Assembly (NCBI GenBank): GCA_002104905.1
Contig: MCFE01000050.1
Location: 124,001 to 188,000, forward strand
Length of the DNA: 64,000 nt
Direction: 5' to 3'
Source: Basidiobolus meristosporus CBS 931.73
Lineage: Eukaryota > Fungi > Basidiobolomycota
Below are positions 51,502 through 64,000 of this stretch, in pieces (within the stretch, counting starts at the first letter, position 1; every line of letters begins with the position of its first letter). A program made the position numbers and the translations under genes. The notes beneath the pieces were generated by a model. The model searched no databases. It had not been told where the DNA came from and saw nothing but the letters and a program-made list of their open reading frames with translations.

Positions 51502-52490
51502 ATCTGAATATATTGCAAGTTGGCCAACATTAAATTCCTTTCATCAAGAGCGACACTAATTTGCAACCATAAAGAGTATCGTTCATCAGTCTGGCAAAGA
51601 GTAAGGTGAGAATCTGGCCAGTGTTGCCCATCAAAGGGTGAGAACCTTTTTACGGCCAATTAAACGGATAGTAAGGTGGAATAGCCAACTTGGGTTCGCA
51701 GGTCAAATTGTATCAAGAACGGTATTTTAATATGATTATACGAACTCCACATGCTCACGTAAACGTAATGTACATTGAATATACAACATGATATCTCGAG
51801 CTAGCCTTGATCTTTTCCTATATATTATCCGCATTGCCCAAGCCGAGAATTCGATAGTTTTCAAGCAATCTCTATGCTTTTATATTCCGTATAATGCTAA
51901 CAGGAAATTTCTGGGTAAAGGGGTATTGATTTAGTAAATTCAAAATTTGTTTTTTGATTCGAAATTCACGACGTTCTCAGAGTAAATTTATGATTAATCA
52001 ACGAATGTGTCTTTTTAATATAACTGTCTTTTTCTGACTTTACCAGCCTGAAGGAAAGGACATTCACCGAGCACCTCGATCCTTTTTATTCGGTATACAA
52101 GATCCTTCGTTCAAAAGCTCAAGAAATCTGAGGTCCCTTTTTATCGAAGAAGCTACTGCTAGTTTACCCTAAATTTCTAGTAGTCTTGGCTCAGCCCTAA
52201 TCTTCCATCTTGTTCGTTTCTGACTCGTCTTTGCTTAAATTTCCCTCCCTTCCGCTCTGAAAAGACTCATCTTCCTACCAAAGTACCAAAGCGATTGCTG
52301 CATCACTTTCGATCCATATTCTTGGTAAACCCACAGAAAGCAAACCAAGCTGCCTGATACACGAGATATTTTACGAATACCCAAGGGGAATGCATCATCA
52401 ATATTACTAGTTCTGGCAGAGATTAGAATTAGATCACACTACATCATCGAAAAAGCGAATTTCCGACTCGAACATTAAATAAGGCACACG

Positions 52491-55400
52491 ATGGAGATCT
52501 CTACGAAGCGACGTGTGAAAGTGTATGAATTGGGCGACGATAGTTCTTGGAAGGATAAAGGAACCGGCTATTGTGTCTGCATGTTTTATGAGGTAAGATC
52601 CTCAATACCACTTTTCGTTGTGGCTCTACTTCCACGCGCAGTGGTGATGAATATAACATATTAATGGTGTTGCGCTATAGGATAAAGAGGAGCTGGACCT
52701 TCTGGTTCGTTCTGAAGAAGAAAATGCACCAATCCTGCTGAACTCCAAAGTTGTCAAGGGGGATGTGTATCAGAAACAACAAGGTTGGTGATTTTTACGC
52801 GATATCGTTGCTACTTTGACATCATCTCTAAGGATGCAATTTACTAACGATTTTTGAAGAAACTTTAATTGTTTGGACCGAGCCAGATGGCCAAGATCTG
52901 GCTCTTAGCTTCCAAGAGGCTGAGGGATGTGCTGAAGTATGGTAAGTTGGATAATTTGGGGCTATTTTCTCATCTACCGAGAGAGAGTTGTATTGTAGCG
53001 AGTACCTGACCTCCTTCCTCTGTACAGGGATATGATTATGGATATGCAGAAGCGGCTTCCTGACCCACCAATAGGTTGGTTCATGTCATTCTTGAACGAA
53101 GTGAACGTTTACTGACCCGTTTCTCGCTCGTAAGACCCGAATTCATCGGAGTTTTTCCAAGATTCCGCTGACAGTTCAATCACTCTACCCCCTCCTGAGC
53201 TTTCAAATTTACCAGAGATAGAGGCAATCGTCAAGCAAGTTGGCCGGTTTGTATATGGCCGGGACAATTTAGTTAGTTACGTGATCCAAGAGGTAATTAG
53301 CCATTATTCAGATATCAATGCTTGCATGAACGCTCCAGTAACCTGGCAAACGTTTCGATCAAGAAATATATAGACAAACTTCTTCCTCTTCTGGAAATCT
53401 GCGAAGATCTAGACGATATTAAAGACTTACACATCCTCTGTAATATCATGAAAGGCCTAAGTAAGAGCATTCCCGTTTGCTGATCATCTTCGGTAGAACC
53501 ATTCTCTTACGCACGCCCATGTGGCTCTTTCAGTTTTATTGAACGAGAATGCTATATTTGAATACATTGTCCAAGACGACGTGATCTTAGGCGTTGTGGG
53601 CATGTTGGAATGTAAGAAAATCCCTCACCCTGCACGCACCACACCTCGGCATACTCAAAGAGTTCCCCATTTTAGACGACCCGGACTACCCGAATGCAAA
53701 AGCGCAGCACCGTGAATACCTGGCCAACAACTCCAAATTCAAGCAGGTCAGTTGACCCACTCGGACACTGCTACGAGCAGCCGTATCCTTAGTAACTTTG
53801 AATCACCCAGATTGTTCCCATCAAAGATCCCACCGTGGAAAGCAAGATCCACCAAACGTTCCGTTTGCAATACTTGAAGGATGTAGTCCTGGCGCGGATT
53901 CTAGACGACAACACTTTCTCGATTTTGAACTCCCTGATCTTTTTCAACCATGTAGACATTGTCAATCATCTGCAGCACGACCATGAGTTTCTGAAGCAGC
54001 TTTTCGGTATCCTGGATAATGCAGAGGAGTCCAGCGAGCGAAAGCGCGACGTGATCTTCTTTGTGCAACAGTTCTGCGCGATCTCGAAGAATCTACAGAT
54101 GATGAGTCGGTCCGGGCTCTATAGAGCTCTGAGTCAACATGGGCTGTTTTGCATCTTCGACTATTCATTGCCTGACCCAGACTCCTCGGTTAGAATTGTT
54201 GGTGCGGAGATTCTCTGCTCCATCTTGGACCATGACCCCAATCTAGTTCGTTCATACATCCTAGCCCAGGTCAAGCAATCCAGGAAGCCGCTGATCGAGA
54301 CGGTAATTGAGCGTCTTATCGCGGACGAGGACATAGGCGTCAAAGTACAGTACGCGGAGTTGATTAAGGTGCTGCTTGACACAAGTTCTGGGTTTGGGGA
54401 TCACTCGTTGACCGGTCCGGCAGAGGTATGCTTCAAATTAGCTCAGACAGTGTTTCTTATCCAACAATCCTCACAATCCTCATCTCTAACCCAAAGGCTC
54501 TAATGCAACAAAAGAACGATCCCGAGGCCAACGAGCTGCTCACGCTGTTCTATGACCGCTTCATAAAGCAACTTTTCACTCCAATACTGAACCTTGCTGA
54601 TTATAAAGAGGACGCTCAAGGTTTGCCCTGCTGCTAGCTTGCTTTCTATCCGGGATTTTTGTCTAACTCGCTATGGTCTTGTAGAATTGGTGTTCGATAT
54701 TACCCAGTCGGCCTTATATTTCCATCTGTGCGAGCTGATGTGTCTGTTTATACGAGCCCACACTTTCCGGAGCAAATACTTTGTTCTTTCTACGAACATC
54801 GGTTCGAAATTCGTGACTCTGTTCAAGAGCCGCGATAAGCACCTGAAGCTTGGTAAATTGGTTTGAACTTTGTTATCTTGGGGATTCACAGATTAAGTAA
54901 CATTACAATAGCTGCACTTCGTTTCATCAGAACGTGCGTTGGTATGCGGGATGAGTTCTACAACAAACATCTAATCCAGTACAACCTGTTCGCACCAGTG
55001 GTAAACACACTTTTGCAAACCGGAAACCGCGATAATTTGGTGAATTCTGCTTGCCTGGAGCTTTTTGAATTCATCCGAAAGGTAGCTAACAGATGCCTTG
55101 CTATTTCCATTTCCCGATCTCCACACTTACGCGGGCGTTTCTGATTCACAGGAAAACTCCACGAACCTAGTCAACCACATAGTCAAGGAGTACGGTGACC
55201 GCCTTGAGAAGGTTGATTATGTGGAGACATTCAAACTCTTACAGAGGCGTTATGAACAGAATATCGATAGTGCTAATACTAATGCCACGGCGGCCTCAAC
55301 AACCGAAAGGTATTCATCGGGCTCTAACACCTTTCTGCTTTGACTATTGCTAACGCATCTTAATAGTGGGACTGTTCGTACCGGGCGCCAACCAGGCCAG

Positions 55401-55811
55401 TCCGCCTGGGAATCAGCGACTCTTGATGACGATGAGGAGGCATATTTCAACACTTCCGACGACGATGATGCCACTGATCAATCTGGGACCGATTCACCGA
55501 GCTCCAATATCACTCCAGTATCGACCGAAGACAAACCAAAGCCCAACGGTAGCCTGGTGAATTATTCTGATGAGGATGAAGACGAAACCTCTCCTAAGTT
55601 GAACTCCCTCGCCTCAGAAACAGAGCCCGAGAATCTGATCAACAAAGGGGAGAAGCGCCCTCGTCCTGAAGATGGGATCGACAGCGCTATGAACGACAAA
55701 AAGCTTAAAGAAGCCGGAGCGAATGAGAAATCGACAAACGGGGATTCAAAACAAAACCAAGAGGATGAGGTTGCTACCGAGAAAACAAATGACCTGGCTC
55801 CTAGTGAATAG
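52491..55811 (+). CDS. PSY2: Protein phosphatase 4 regulatory subunit 3 (SMEK/Psy2), many introns
   Basis: EVH1-like [17 protein letters not shown]; [20 protein letters not shown]; [16 protein letters not shown]; [15 protein letters not shown]; [13 protein letters not shown]. Confidence 0.93.
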
Positions 55812-56671
55812 TGATCTCTGCTATAAAACTGCTTATTTCCAAACTTATTTATGATAACTCTTGTCAGCAATAGATTATCGAAAGTTACTCCATTCTAACT
55901 TCCACCGAAGGGACCACGATTATCTTACCTTTATGCTCTTATTCATTCACCTTCCCGCCACTTTCTCTTACATATTCTTTCAGTTCTTTACCATCACACC
56001 CTATGTTACTTCTACAACGGTCATTTTGTTCATCCTCTTTTCATACTGTACTCTAAAAATGGTTCTTTTCCACAAAAAAATCAACAAAACCCTTTCATCT
56101 CTAAAAATATAGGGTGTGCTACGTGCTCGCTAGGCTGAGGTACAGGTGTGTGCAAGTGCGCGTACGTATGTAGTCAGAATAGTCATTATTTGTTGGGGAA
56201 ATGCTTGAGTCAGCTTTGCTCATTGTGAGAGCAGGAAAATTGGAGGGATTAAAATAGGATCATCAATTCAATAAATCGAATTACCATTTGGCTGACACAC
56301 ACGCTTTCTTCGGGTGATACAGAGCGCATGCTCATAAAAGCACCGCTCCACCCATATTAGGCAATTCACTTAACGGACAAGAGGCATCGCCGACGCTTAC
56401 TAGCAAGCAGACAACCTATTCCGGAAGTTCATGTTCCACCCGCCAAGATAGATGGTAAGTAAGTATGGAGGCTATCAATTCTGAAAGTTATACAGAACGC
56501 TCGCATCGTTTGGGGTCGTACATGCTGTTTGACTCGAGAGTGAATTTGTTTCATCTGACACTTCAGAATGACTCACGATTCCTTAGCCAACTTATAAATA
56601 ATTCACTGTCACGCTTGACATGTTTACTCGCAACTCATTCGGTGCTATCATCAGTGCTTTCATATCATATC

Positions 56672-57640
56672 ATGGTTTGGTCCATAATTAACGCATCGAC
56701 ACGTCAAAGAATACCTTCGATAGTACTGGTAAGTCCACTTTAACGTACTGTAGTTTGAGTTGCCAGATTACTAACTTGGTCTTGTTAGAATCGATCTCTT
56801 GTCTATCGATTCGTTCCGTCGATAACGAGGCTTGATGCCGCCAAGGGGTATTCGACGTCCGACAACGCAGCCAGTGATCGTAAATCAGACAAGCCTCAAC
56901 CAAGGTTCAAAAAACTCCCAGCCCTACCTAATCTTCCAACTCTTTCCGCCAAAGAGGCTGTCAGCAACATTGTATATAACACCCCTCCAACACCCTCCAC
57001 CTCTGCTAGCAGACACGTACTGAATTGTCTTGTACAAAATGAGCCAGGCGTGTTGTCTCGCGTGACAGGCATCCTGGCCGCTCGAGGATTCAATATTGAC
57101 TCACTAGTGGTCGCCAAAACCGAGGTGCCTGACCTTTCTAGAATGACCATCGTATTGATAGCACAGGACACCGGTGTAGAACAAGCAATGAAACAGCTGG
57201 AAGATCTAACCCCCGTATGGGCGGTGCTTGATTACACGAATACCAAAATGGTTGAACGCGAATTGCTTCTCGTAAAAGTGTCAGTTCTCGGCGCTGACCA
57301 TGAGCAGGCCATAATCCACGGAGAGCCTAATCCGGAATCCGATTTATCCCCCGGAATGCGCCTTTTGAAAACCCACGAGAACCTTAATGCATTGAATCGT
57401 CTAACAGAGATGTTCAGAGGCCAAATGTTAGACGTCAGCAATGACTGTGTTACTATCCAGGTTCCCGGAAAGTCGAGCAGAATTGATGCATTCATGAAAC
57501 TCGTCCAACCCTTTGGTATTCTGGAAGCATCGAGAAGTGGGATGATGGCAATGCCCCGTTCAATGGCTTACCATGAAGAAGAAGAGGAGTTTGAAGAGCA
57601 AAGCGAGCAGGTAGATGCTACCATGCTCCCTCCTGGTTAG
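56672..57640 (+). CDS. ILV6: Acetolactate synthase small (regulatory) subunit, mitochondrial; first exon approximate
   Basis: HVLNCLVQNEPGVLSRVTGILAARGFNIDSLVV..DLSRMTIVL; ERELLLVKVS; PFGILEASRSGMMAMPR; DATMLPPG*. Confidence 0.95.
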
Positions 57641-58552
57641 CCATGTGCACTGTATAGTAGTATAATGATTAATAAACCTTTTATTTCAATGTTCTGCATA
57701 ATCAATACCAACATATACTAGTCTATCTTTTCCAACTAAGAATATGCTAAAATATTGCCTTACAAACGCCCCACAGTTTGTTGGATTTGATTCAAAATTG
57801 CCCTCTTATCTGCGCATTGAGTGAACCGTAGGAAAGTCCGCAAGATACCAATTCTGAAGACGTGGAACTTTGTATGATTACTGTTGGATACAGTAAAGTG
57901 AATTGTGCCCACTGCCTACTACGATGAGAAGACAATTGATGATTTATTCGAGCGTTTTAACAAAAGCTTTTTTAATACAGTGATTTGCGGCAATAAGGTT
58001 AAAGGGCATGTTAATCCATCCATAGCTTTTCACATTCTCGGGTACGCAATCCTCATCACAGAAGGGCAGCCACCAGAAGAATGTGAAGAGGAAAACTTCG
58101 GCTGATGATTCAATATATATGTATATTTATGGTTGAGGCCAGTGACAAAATTAACCGAGGAAATCCAGTAATCTGGCCAGGTACACACAACGTCAAAAAG
58201 CATGATTTCCAATTTTAATACATATCAAATCATGTAAAGCAGTCCAGATTCATGGATTTGCCATTCGGGGCTTTTGCCATTTCCACTCTCTTATCGGCCC
58301 ACCTCCCTAGGGCGTTTACACGGAAACGGCTATTGATGTTACAAAGCGTATATCGGTTGCTGGTCTAGCACCGTACTCTTAAGCAGTACTCCAACATAGG
58401 TCTAATTTCCTCGAAATAATGGAGTCGGTTAGTCCATTGACAAACCATCCTTTCTTACTCTTTTATTGCTATACGCATTCAACTAAAAATACACAATTGG
58501 GAACAAACCATGGTTTCCAACCTGGGCACTCCAACCCAGAAGGAGTAGCCAC

Positions 58553-61500
58553 TCACTTTTGCATGACGGTCTCAAACTTTTGTATTACTTTTTGTACATC
58601 CAACGGCTCCACTTCAAAATTCTTACCATCAGCATTTGTGCGACTCTCCTGTTCAATGAAACCACTCGCTGAATTGTAAATTCCCTGCGATGACAAGGTG
58701 ACCAAATCGATGCATCCAGCAAGAGGCTTGGTGAGGAAACTAATACTACCAGCAGCGAATCCCTTGCCCAATCCCGGCATCCCCTCCTTCATTGCACCTT
58801 TGACTGGCTTGGTGAAAAAGTCCGCGAACCCTGTAATCAACAGGCTTGTTAACGCTAACCTTGGCCCAGGAGTCGTTGAGTACCTACCTTCGCCCACGCC
58901 TCTTCCAAATTCCTTGAATCCCTTGGCCACACCGTCAACAGCTCCACCAACCATAGGAGTGGGTCTTACAGGCTCACTCTTGTCTATCAATGCCGTGGTG
59001 TTTCTGAAGCCATCCCCTAGGCTTTGCAGAGATTTCCCTCCTCCTAAACAATCGATAGAGATAAGCCACAAGTTGAAGTAAATTTCAACTCAGACTACAA
59101 ACCTAATATGGTATGTCCCAGCGTGCCCGCCAATCCCTTTCCGACTCCTAGTAGAATCTCCTTGGTAGCCTGATCGATCGGCTTGCCCTGTGCTTTCTGT
59201 ATGCCCTTCGATGATTCCGAAACCACACTAGTCGTGCCCTTCACAAATCCATGGCATAGAGCCCATGCAGCGCTGACAGAAGCCGAGAGTAGGTTTTCCA
59301 GCACCACTTCAGTGTACCAGTGCTTTGGCCCATACGGGCGTAATTTGTCGGCCTTAATTCTCCCCTGCGATAAGAGAATCTCGGCTACCGCTGGGCAGAG
59401 CTTGAGACGCACATCTTCGGCGTAAAGAGTCGCCAAGCGGGTGGGCTCAACATCGCACATCATATCATCCAAAGGAAGATTGGCAAGAAAAGTATCCACG
59501 GTCGCTATCGCCCCGTTCTCCGACTGAATCTTTCGCCCTATTTCCATCGCCTGTTGGAGAGTGTCGGCCGAGACGGCGAAACGAATAGCGTCAGCCAGAT
59601 TTTCTTTAGTAAGCTGTTTAAATGGAATCGGTGGGGGGCCGCATCCGATATCGGCAGTCATTCTTCCCCAAAAGGGCTGGTCACCAAAGAACGGAACGAT
59701 GATGGTGCTTTTTCCGGCTCTCAGGCCAGCGGCTGTGGTGCCAGCACCTCCATGATGACACACCGCAACACAGCGCGGAAACAGCCAGTCGTGTGGACAG
59801 TTCTCAATAATCATTACATCCTCGGGGATGGGAATCTCATCTCCACCCAAGCCACCCCACCCTTTGGAGACAAGAGCGCGGACCCCTGCTTGACGAACTG
59901 CATCAAATATGGTCTTGGTCAGCTGATCAGGGTCATCTACCACTATGGAGCCGAAGCCAATGTAAACAGGAGGTGGTCCTGACTCCAAGAAGGTCTTCAG
60001 AGAAGATGATGGGCTGTACTCATTTGCTAGATCCAAAAAACTGAAGCCTGAGACGTTGATGTGTGGTCGCCAGTCTTGAGGTTTGGGGATTAAGCTTGGA
60101 CTCCAGCAATAGGTATGGGGTACGCCCAGATCCTTGAGCAAGTATGGGCCAACTGTAAACTGTAATCCGGGCAGTTGTAGTGTGCGTTTGCGAAAATTGT
60201 TGATGATATCGCCTAGCCCTTGCCATGTTAGTGTTTCTATAGCATCGTAAGACAAGAGATTCACAACTTCACGAGGGCTGTTTGTGTAATCGACCATGTT
60301 GGAGAGTGGGTGGGGAAAGGCGCGTGTGGGCGACCATGGCATAGTGAACATGATGTGTAACGGGATGCAGAGTTTCTCTGCGCAGTGGATGTGCGCAAAG
60401 GATGGCGGATTGGCGATGATCACATCAGCAAGAAATGGGCGTTGGTTTTCCTCATCCGGCTTTGTACTGACGGAAGGTTAGTGCTCGACGCGACCGACGT
60501 ATATCTTGATCATTACTTACCAAGAATCCCAAGCAGAATCAAGGATGTCCTTGATCATTCGACGCTTCTTGGAAATATCCCCCTCCTTGATGCTTTGAAT
60601 GCTGGGTAGAAGGCCAGGATCTGAGTGCTCAGTTAGCTTCCGCCATGCAAAAGACTACCGTACGAAATGCATACTTACTCTTTACCATGTATGCCATGAG
60701 CTCAACTGGGTCTGAATAAGAGCAAGAATGCAAGGTTAGCCGTACAACGGGATAATACAACTACTGCAGACACAAACCCCCTGCTAAAGGATAGAACTCC
60801 AACCCAGCGTCTGTGATAAATTTCCGGAACGTTTCATGTGTTGCCAATCTAACCCGGTGCCCACGCCTAAGAAGCTCCTGACCAATAGGTAAAAAAGGCT
60901 GGACATCTCCGCGACTTCCAACAATTTGAATGACCACATTAAGGGAAGGAATGTAGCGGTCTTTCGTGTATTGCGGAACTTCGAAAATCGGCGGATCGTC
61001 AACTAAATACCCATCTTCAACAATCGCGTCATGGATGGTAACATCAAAGCGGCCATCTTCGTGCATGTGTACTTCGTATGAATTAGGTTGAGGATCAGGT
61101 GTCAATGCTGGATCGATTGTTGTAGAGTGCTTGTTGGCTTTTGCTGATTTCATGTACTTCTTGATTATCTTCTGGCGCCAATGCACGTACTCCAGGGGAG
61201 TAGCACAAGCCTGAGCAGTGCCAAAAATGGTTAAGGCAGGTATAGGGCATTTCAGGTTAGAAGCCATGACATTTACCTTGCCCACAATCGGAGCACAAAG
61301 ATGTTCAGTTGCTCTGACTCTGGCTACCTTTGCTTTCCATATCGCTTTATCATCGACCATCGCTTCCACAAAACTATCCACAAAAGTGCGGCAGTTATCC
61401 CATGCACTGTTGTATTTGGAATGTGTAGTATTCCAGGCCTCGACAAATCGAGCTGCGTCCTCCGGAGACTTCGATCGGTTAGCAAGCTAAGGTTTGGTGA

Positions 61501-62051
61501 CAACTGCTACTAAAATATACCTTGTGAGTAGCCCCAACTTCAGTTAGTGTATCCAATGAATTCTTCTCTTCCCACGCACTGAGCATAGAATCAACACTGG
61601 CTCTACCAGCACTAAGCTCTGTGACTAATGTTTCCATCGTCTAAGTACATGTATAAGCATGAGTGTCTGCTTGGTAAGTCATTGACAGTTGACAACGGTT
61701 CACCTTAAACTTCTGTTCAACAAGGAGGATCTCGTACTAGGGAAAATGATATTATAGGTTGGCTCAATATTGAGAAAGTATTCGGCTAACCTTGAGTAGA
61801 GTCATTATTCCGGATTCCGGATAATCTTCCCAGGCGATGATGCTATAGGCATGTCGCGATCTTTGGTCAGTGTACAGCTGTTTCTCGATCCCGCGCAGGG
61901 CTGACAGGAAGTGGCCAGGTGCCTCTAGTGGAGAGGTTCCCACAAACACCCGTTTAGGCTCTGGATGTAGGTTCGAGGCTGAGGGCTTCTCTTCCTCCTT
62001 TTTCGAAGACCCACCAGTAAAATTCGAGCTAGAATTCTCCATATTGCTCAT
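58553..62051 (-). CDS. Sterol 3-beta-glucosyltransferase-like (GT1/UGT80-type: Glyco_transf_28 N-domain + UDPGT), multi-exon
   Basis: VVIQIVGSRGDVQPF..GHRVRLATH; IIANPPSFAHIHCAEKL; VYIGFGS; NCPHDWLF..HHGGAGTTAAG..VPFFGDQPFWG. Confidence 0.92.
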
Positions 62052-62849
62052 CAAGGTCTGTGCTCTTGGTGGACGCTCACTTTAAATATTTATTTGGTCT
62101 GTATCCCTGATGTTATCGATATAGGAGGCTTGTTCAAGAGGCCTTGTGTGACGTATGTGATAGATCAAAGTGTGCCATACGGGAATCTGGCAACACTCTT
62201 GGCGGGCCAGTAAGCGTGCAAGGCTAGATGGAAATGACACCGATGCCATATCCCCTACAGATTCCTGAATGCCAAGCATACAAATCAGGTTTGTCTTGTA
62301 TTTAAATAATACAGATCGGATGAGTTTATACTTTTATCCGAGCTTTGTGCCACTAGTCTCAAGTCTGTCTTGGTATGCATCGGCAAATGTAAATCCTAAA
62401 TAATATCTTGGCATCCAGATTACCCTGTTTGATCGATCAATTTCAAGCCAAGTATGAACTTATTTATATACATTAAATCAATAGACGGTTTGAAATTCCA
62501 TCCATCTTGGTGGTATTGTATGCTTTGGGGGTGTGGAGCAGTAAGCAGAAACTACATGCCCTTTTCTTTTGATATGTGAATGATTATTGATTGATATGCT
62601 TAATAAACAATTCCTTGCTTATACAGAGCAAGTAAAGAGAAGTGAAGCCCTCCTCATACCAAAAAAGGTTATCTCACTTCCAATCAACAGGATTACATCA
62701 AGTATCATCAGTCGTATTGCTTACATAATAACTGTTCTTGATGGGGGAGCGCACTTAATATGTGATTTGAGGCTGACATCATTTTCTGCTATTTAGTATT
62801 GAATTTTTCGGGGTGGAGTGGGGGGTTGGATATACTATGTAGGCCAACA

Positions 62850-63740
62850 TAAGCTGCAGGACTTGGCGAGGTCAAACAAAGCTTATATAAATTTAGAGAA
62901 ACTCTATAACACTAGCTATACAAATATTACAGCCAAGTCTCATGCAGCAGTATTGTAAATTAGATGCTGAAAATCTTGATAATTTCCAAGACAGCACTGA
63001 TTCAGAAAGTCAGCTCATAATTTGCAAGCTAGGTTTTGGTAATAATCAACAGTTTGGAGATTAGTAAGTATAAACGTTGGGACTTATGACCCACTCAAAT
63101 ACTAAGCCAATTTCTTCCAAATCTTCAACAAGGGGAGAAACTCCAGCATAGTATTAGTGGATATTCCAGGGAGTGATAGCTTGGGGCACACATATCTTGG
63201 ATATACTGGAAATAACTGGAAGAGAAAACAGAGAATGTGATGATATTGCATATATTTCTGATACTTGCATACTGTCACCAATGAGTAAATGTTGTTTCCT
63301 GTATCTTAAATGTCTTCATTGCACACTATCTTGGACAAACAGTCTACCAAAGCTTACGTTTATGGCAGCAAAAGCTAACTTTGGTGTACTGATGAAGCTA
63401 TGCACCTTTAGCTGCATCACTTTGTGCTACATCTCTACATACCGGACGAGAAGATTACTTAATATGTGTATCTCATCTACTACGCCTTGGAGGATCCAGC
63501 TTTCACGTGAATCTTTGAGGGGACTCAATGCAAGTACCTAAATTGCACCAATGTTGCAGGCCCATGTCAAAGATAAGATGGATAATCCGTTTCAAGTCAT
63601 GATAGTTGAGAGCCGGTTTCCTTTTGGCTGGTCAACTTGGGTATTAACATTAGGCTAGCTCAGAAATTAAAGTAAATTAGCTTGCATCATTTCGGTACTT
63701 GCCCTGGTATGTAATAACAGCTTTTAGGCTGTCATTTTGG
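62850..63740. other. CpG-poor degenerate sequence, probable relic of a repeat or pseudogene
   Basis: Few CG and many TG/CA, with broken coding-like stretches. No family recognised. Confidence 0.3.
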
Positions 63741-64000
63741 ATCCCTGTTTACACCAGCGGAGACCAATATTCTGGATGAAGGTGAATAGCACCTAAGCAG
63801 CTTGAAATGTGGGATGTCATTATTTGTTAAAATGTGAAGACACATGTATATTTGCATGCATAGAATAAATCACAAAGAAGTCGACCTGATCTATTGCTGT
63901 ATTACGCGAGTAATCATCAACATAATCGCATAACCGCATAATTTTAATACACACCACTGATCATTGGAAAAAGTATGTATATGGGTATCAGAGCCCAATA

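Noticed and set aside
56122-56132. GTGCTCGCT resembling the U6 5' end
   Set aside because: The downstream sequence does not match U6 (no ACAGAGA box).
57830-58275. RNase MRP-like GGAAAGTCC and GGGGCT motifs
   Set aside because: The P4 pairing fails after a few bases and the spacing is long; no other conserved regions were seen.

Overview
Eukaryotic, intron-rich fungal DNA with introns of about 55-65 nt. The gene set (augmin HAUS5, Rrm4 with three MLLE domains, GH18 chitinases with a CBM5/12 tail) suggests an early-diverging fungus such as Basidiobolus or a relative; this is inference. The window has two compartments. (1) 1-13,815 is a CpG-depleted transposon graveyard: a degenerate CACTA/EnSpm transposase, a 731-bp foldback element with ~345-bp inverted arms and TA flanks, and a nested pile of one Ty1/copia family (five LTR copies, one solo LTR with a perfect CATAG target duplication). 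It ends at a sharp boundary. (2) ~14,180-62,050 is a gene-dense block with normal CpG: HAUS5, JHD1/KDM2-like demethylase, two TLDc/OXR1 paralogues, UPRT, DUF202 protein, Hsp90, a PQQ-like propeller protein, two head-to-head chitinases, YIP4/YIPF6, a catalytically dead pogo/CENP-B-derived gene, Rrm4, FNIP/Lst4, a Tag1/DUF3712-like protein, PP4R3/Psy2, ILV6 and a sterol glucosyltransferase. The most unusual item is a ~1,030-aa spliced gene (21,199-24,463) that the ORF track only partly shows. It has an integrase-SAM-like or bacterial-looking N-terminal domain fused to a long HESKSRD-repeat tail and sits between the two OXR1 paralogues. Exon boundaries were read by eye and many gene ends are approximate.
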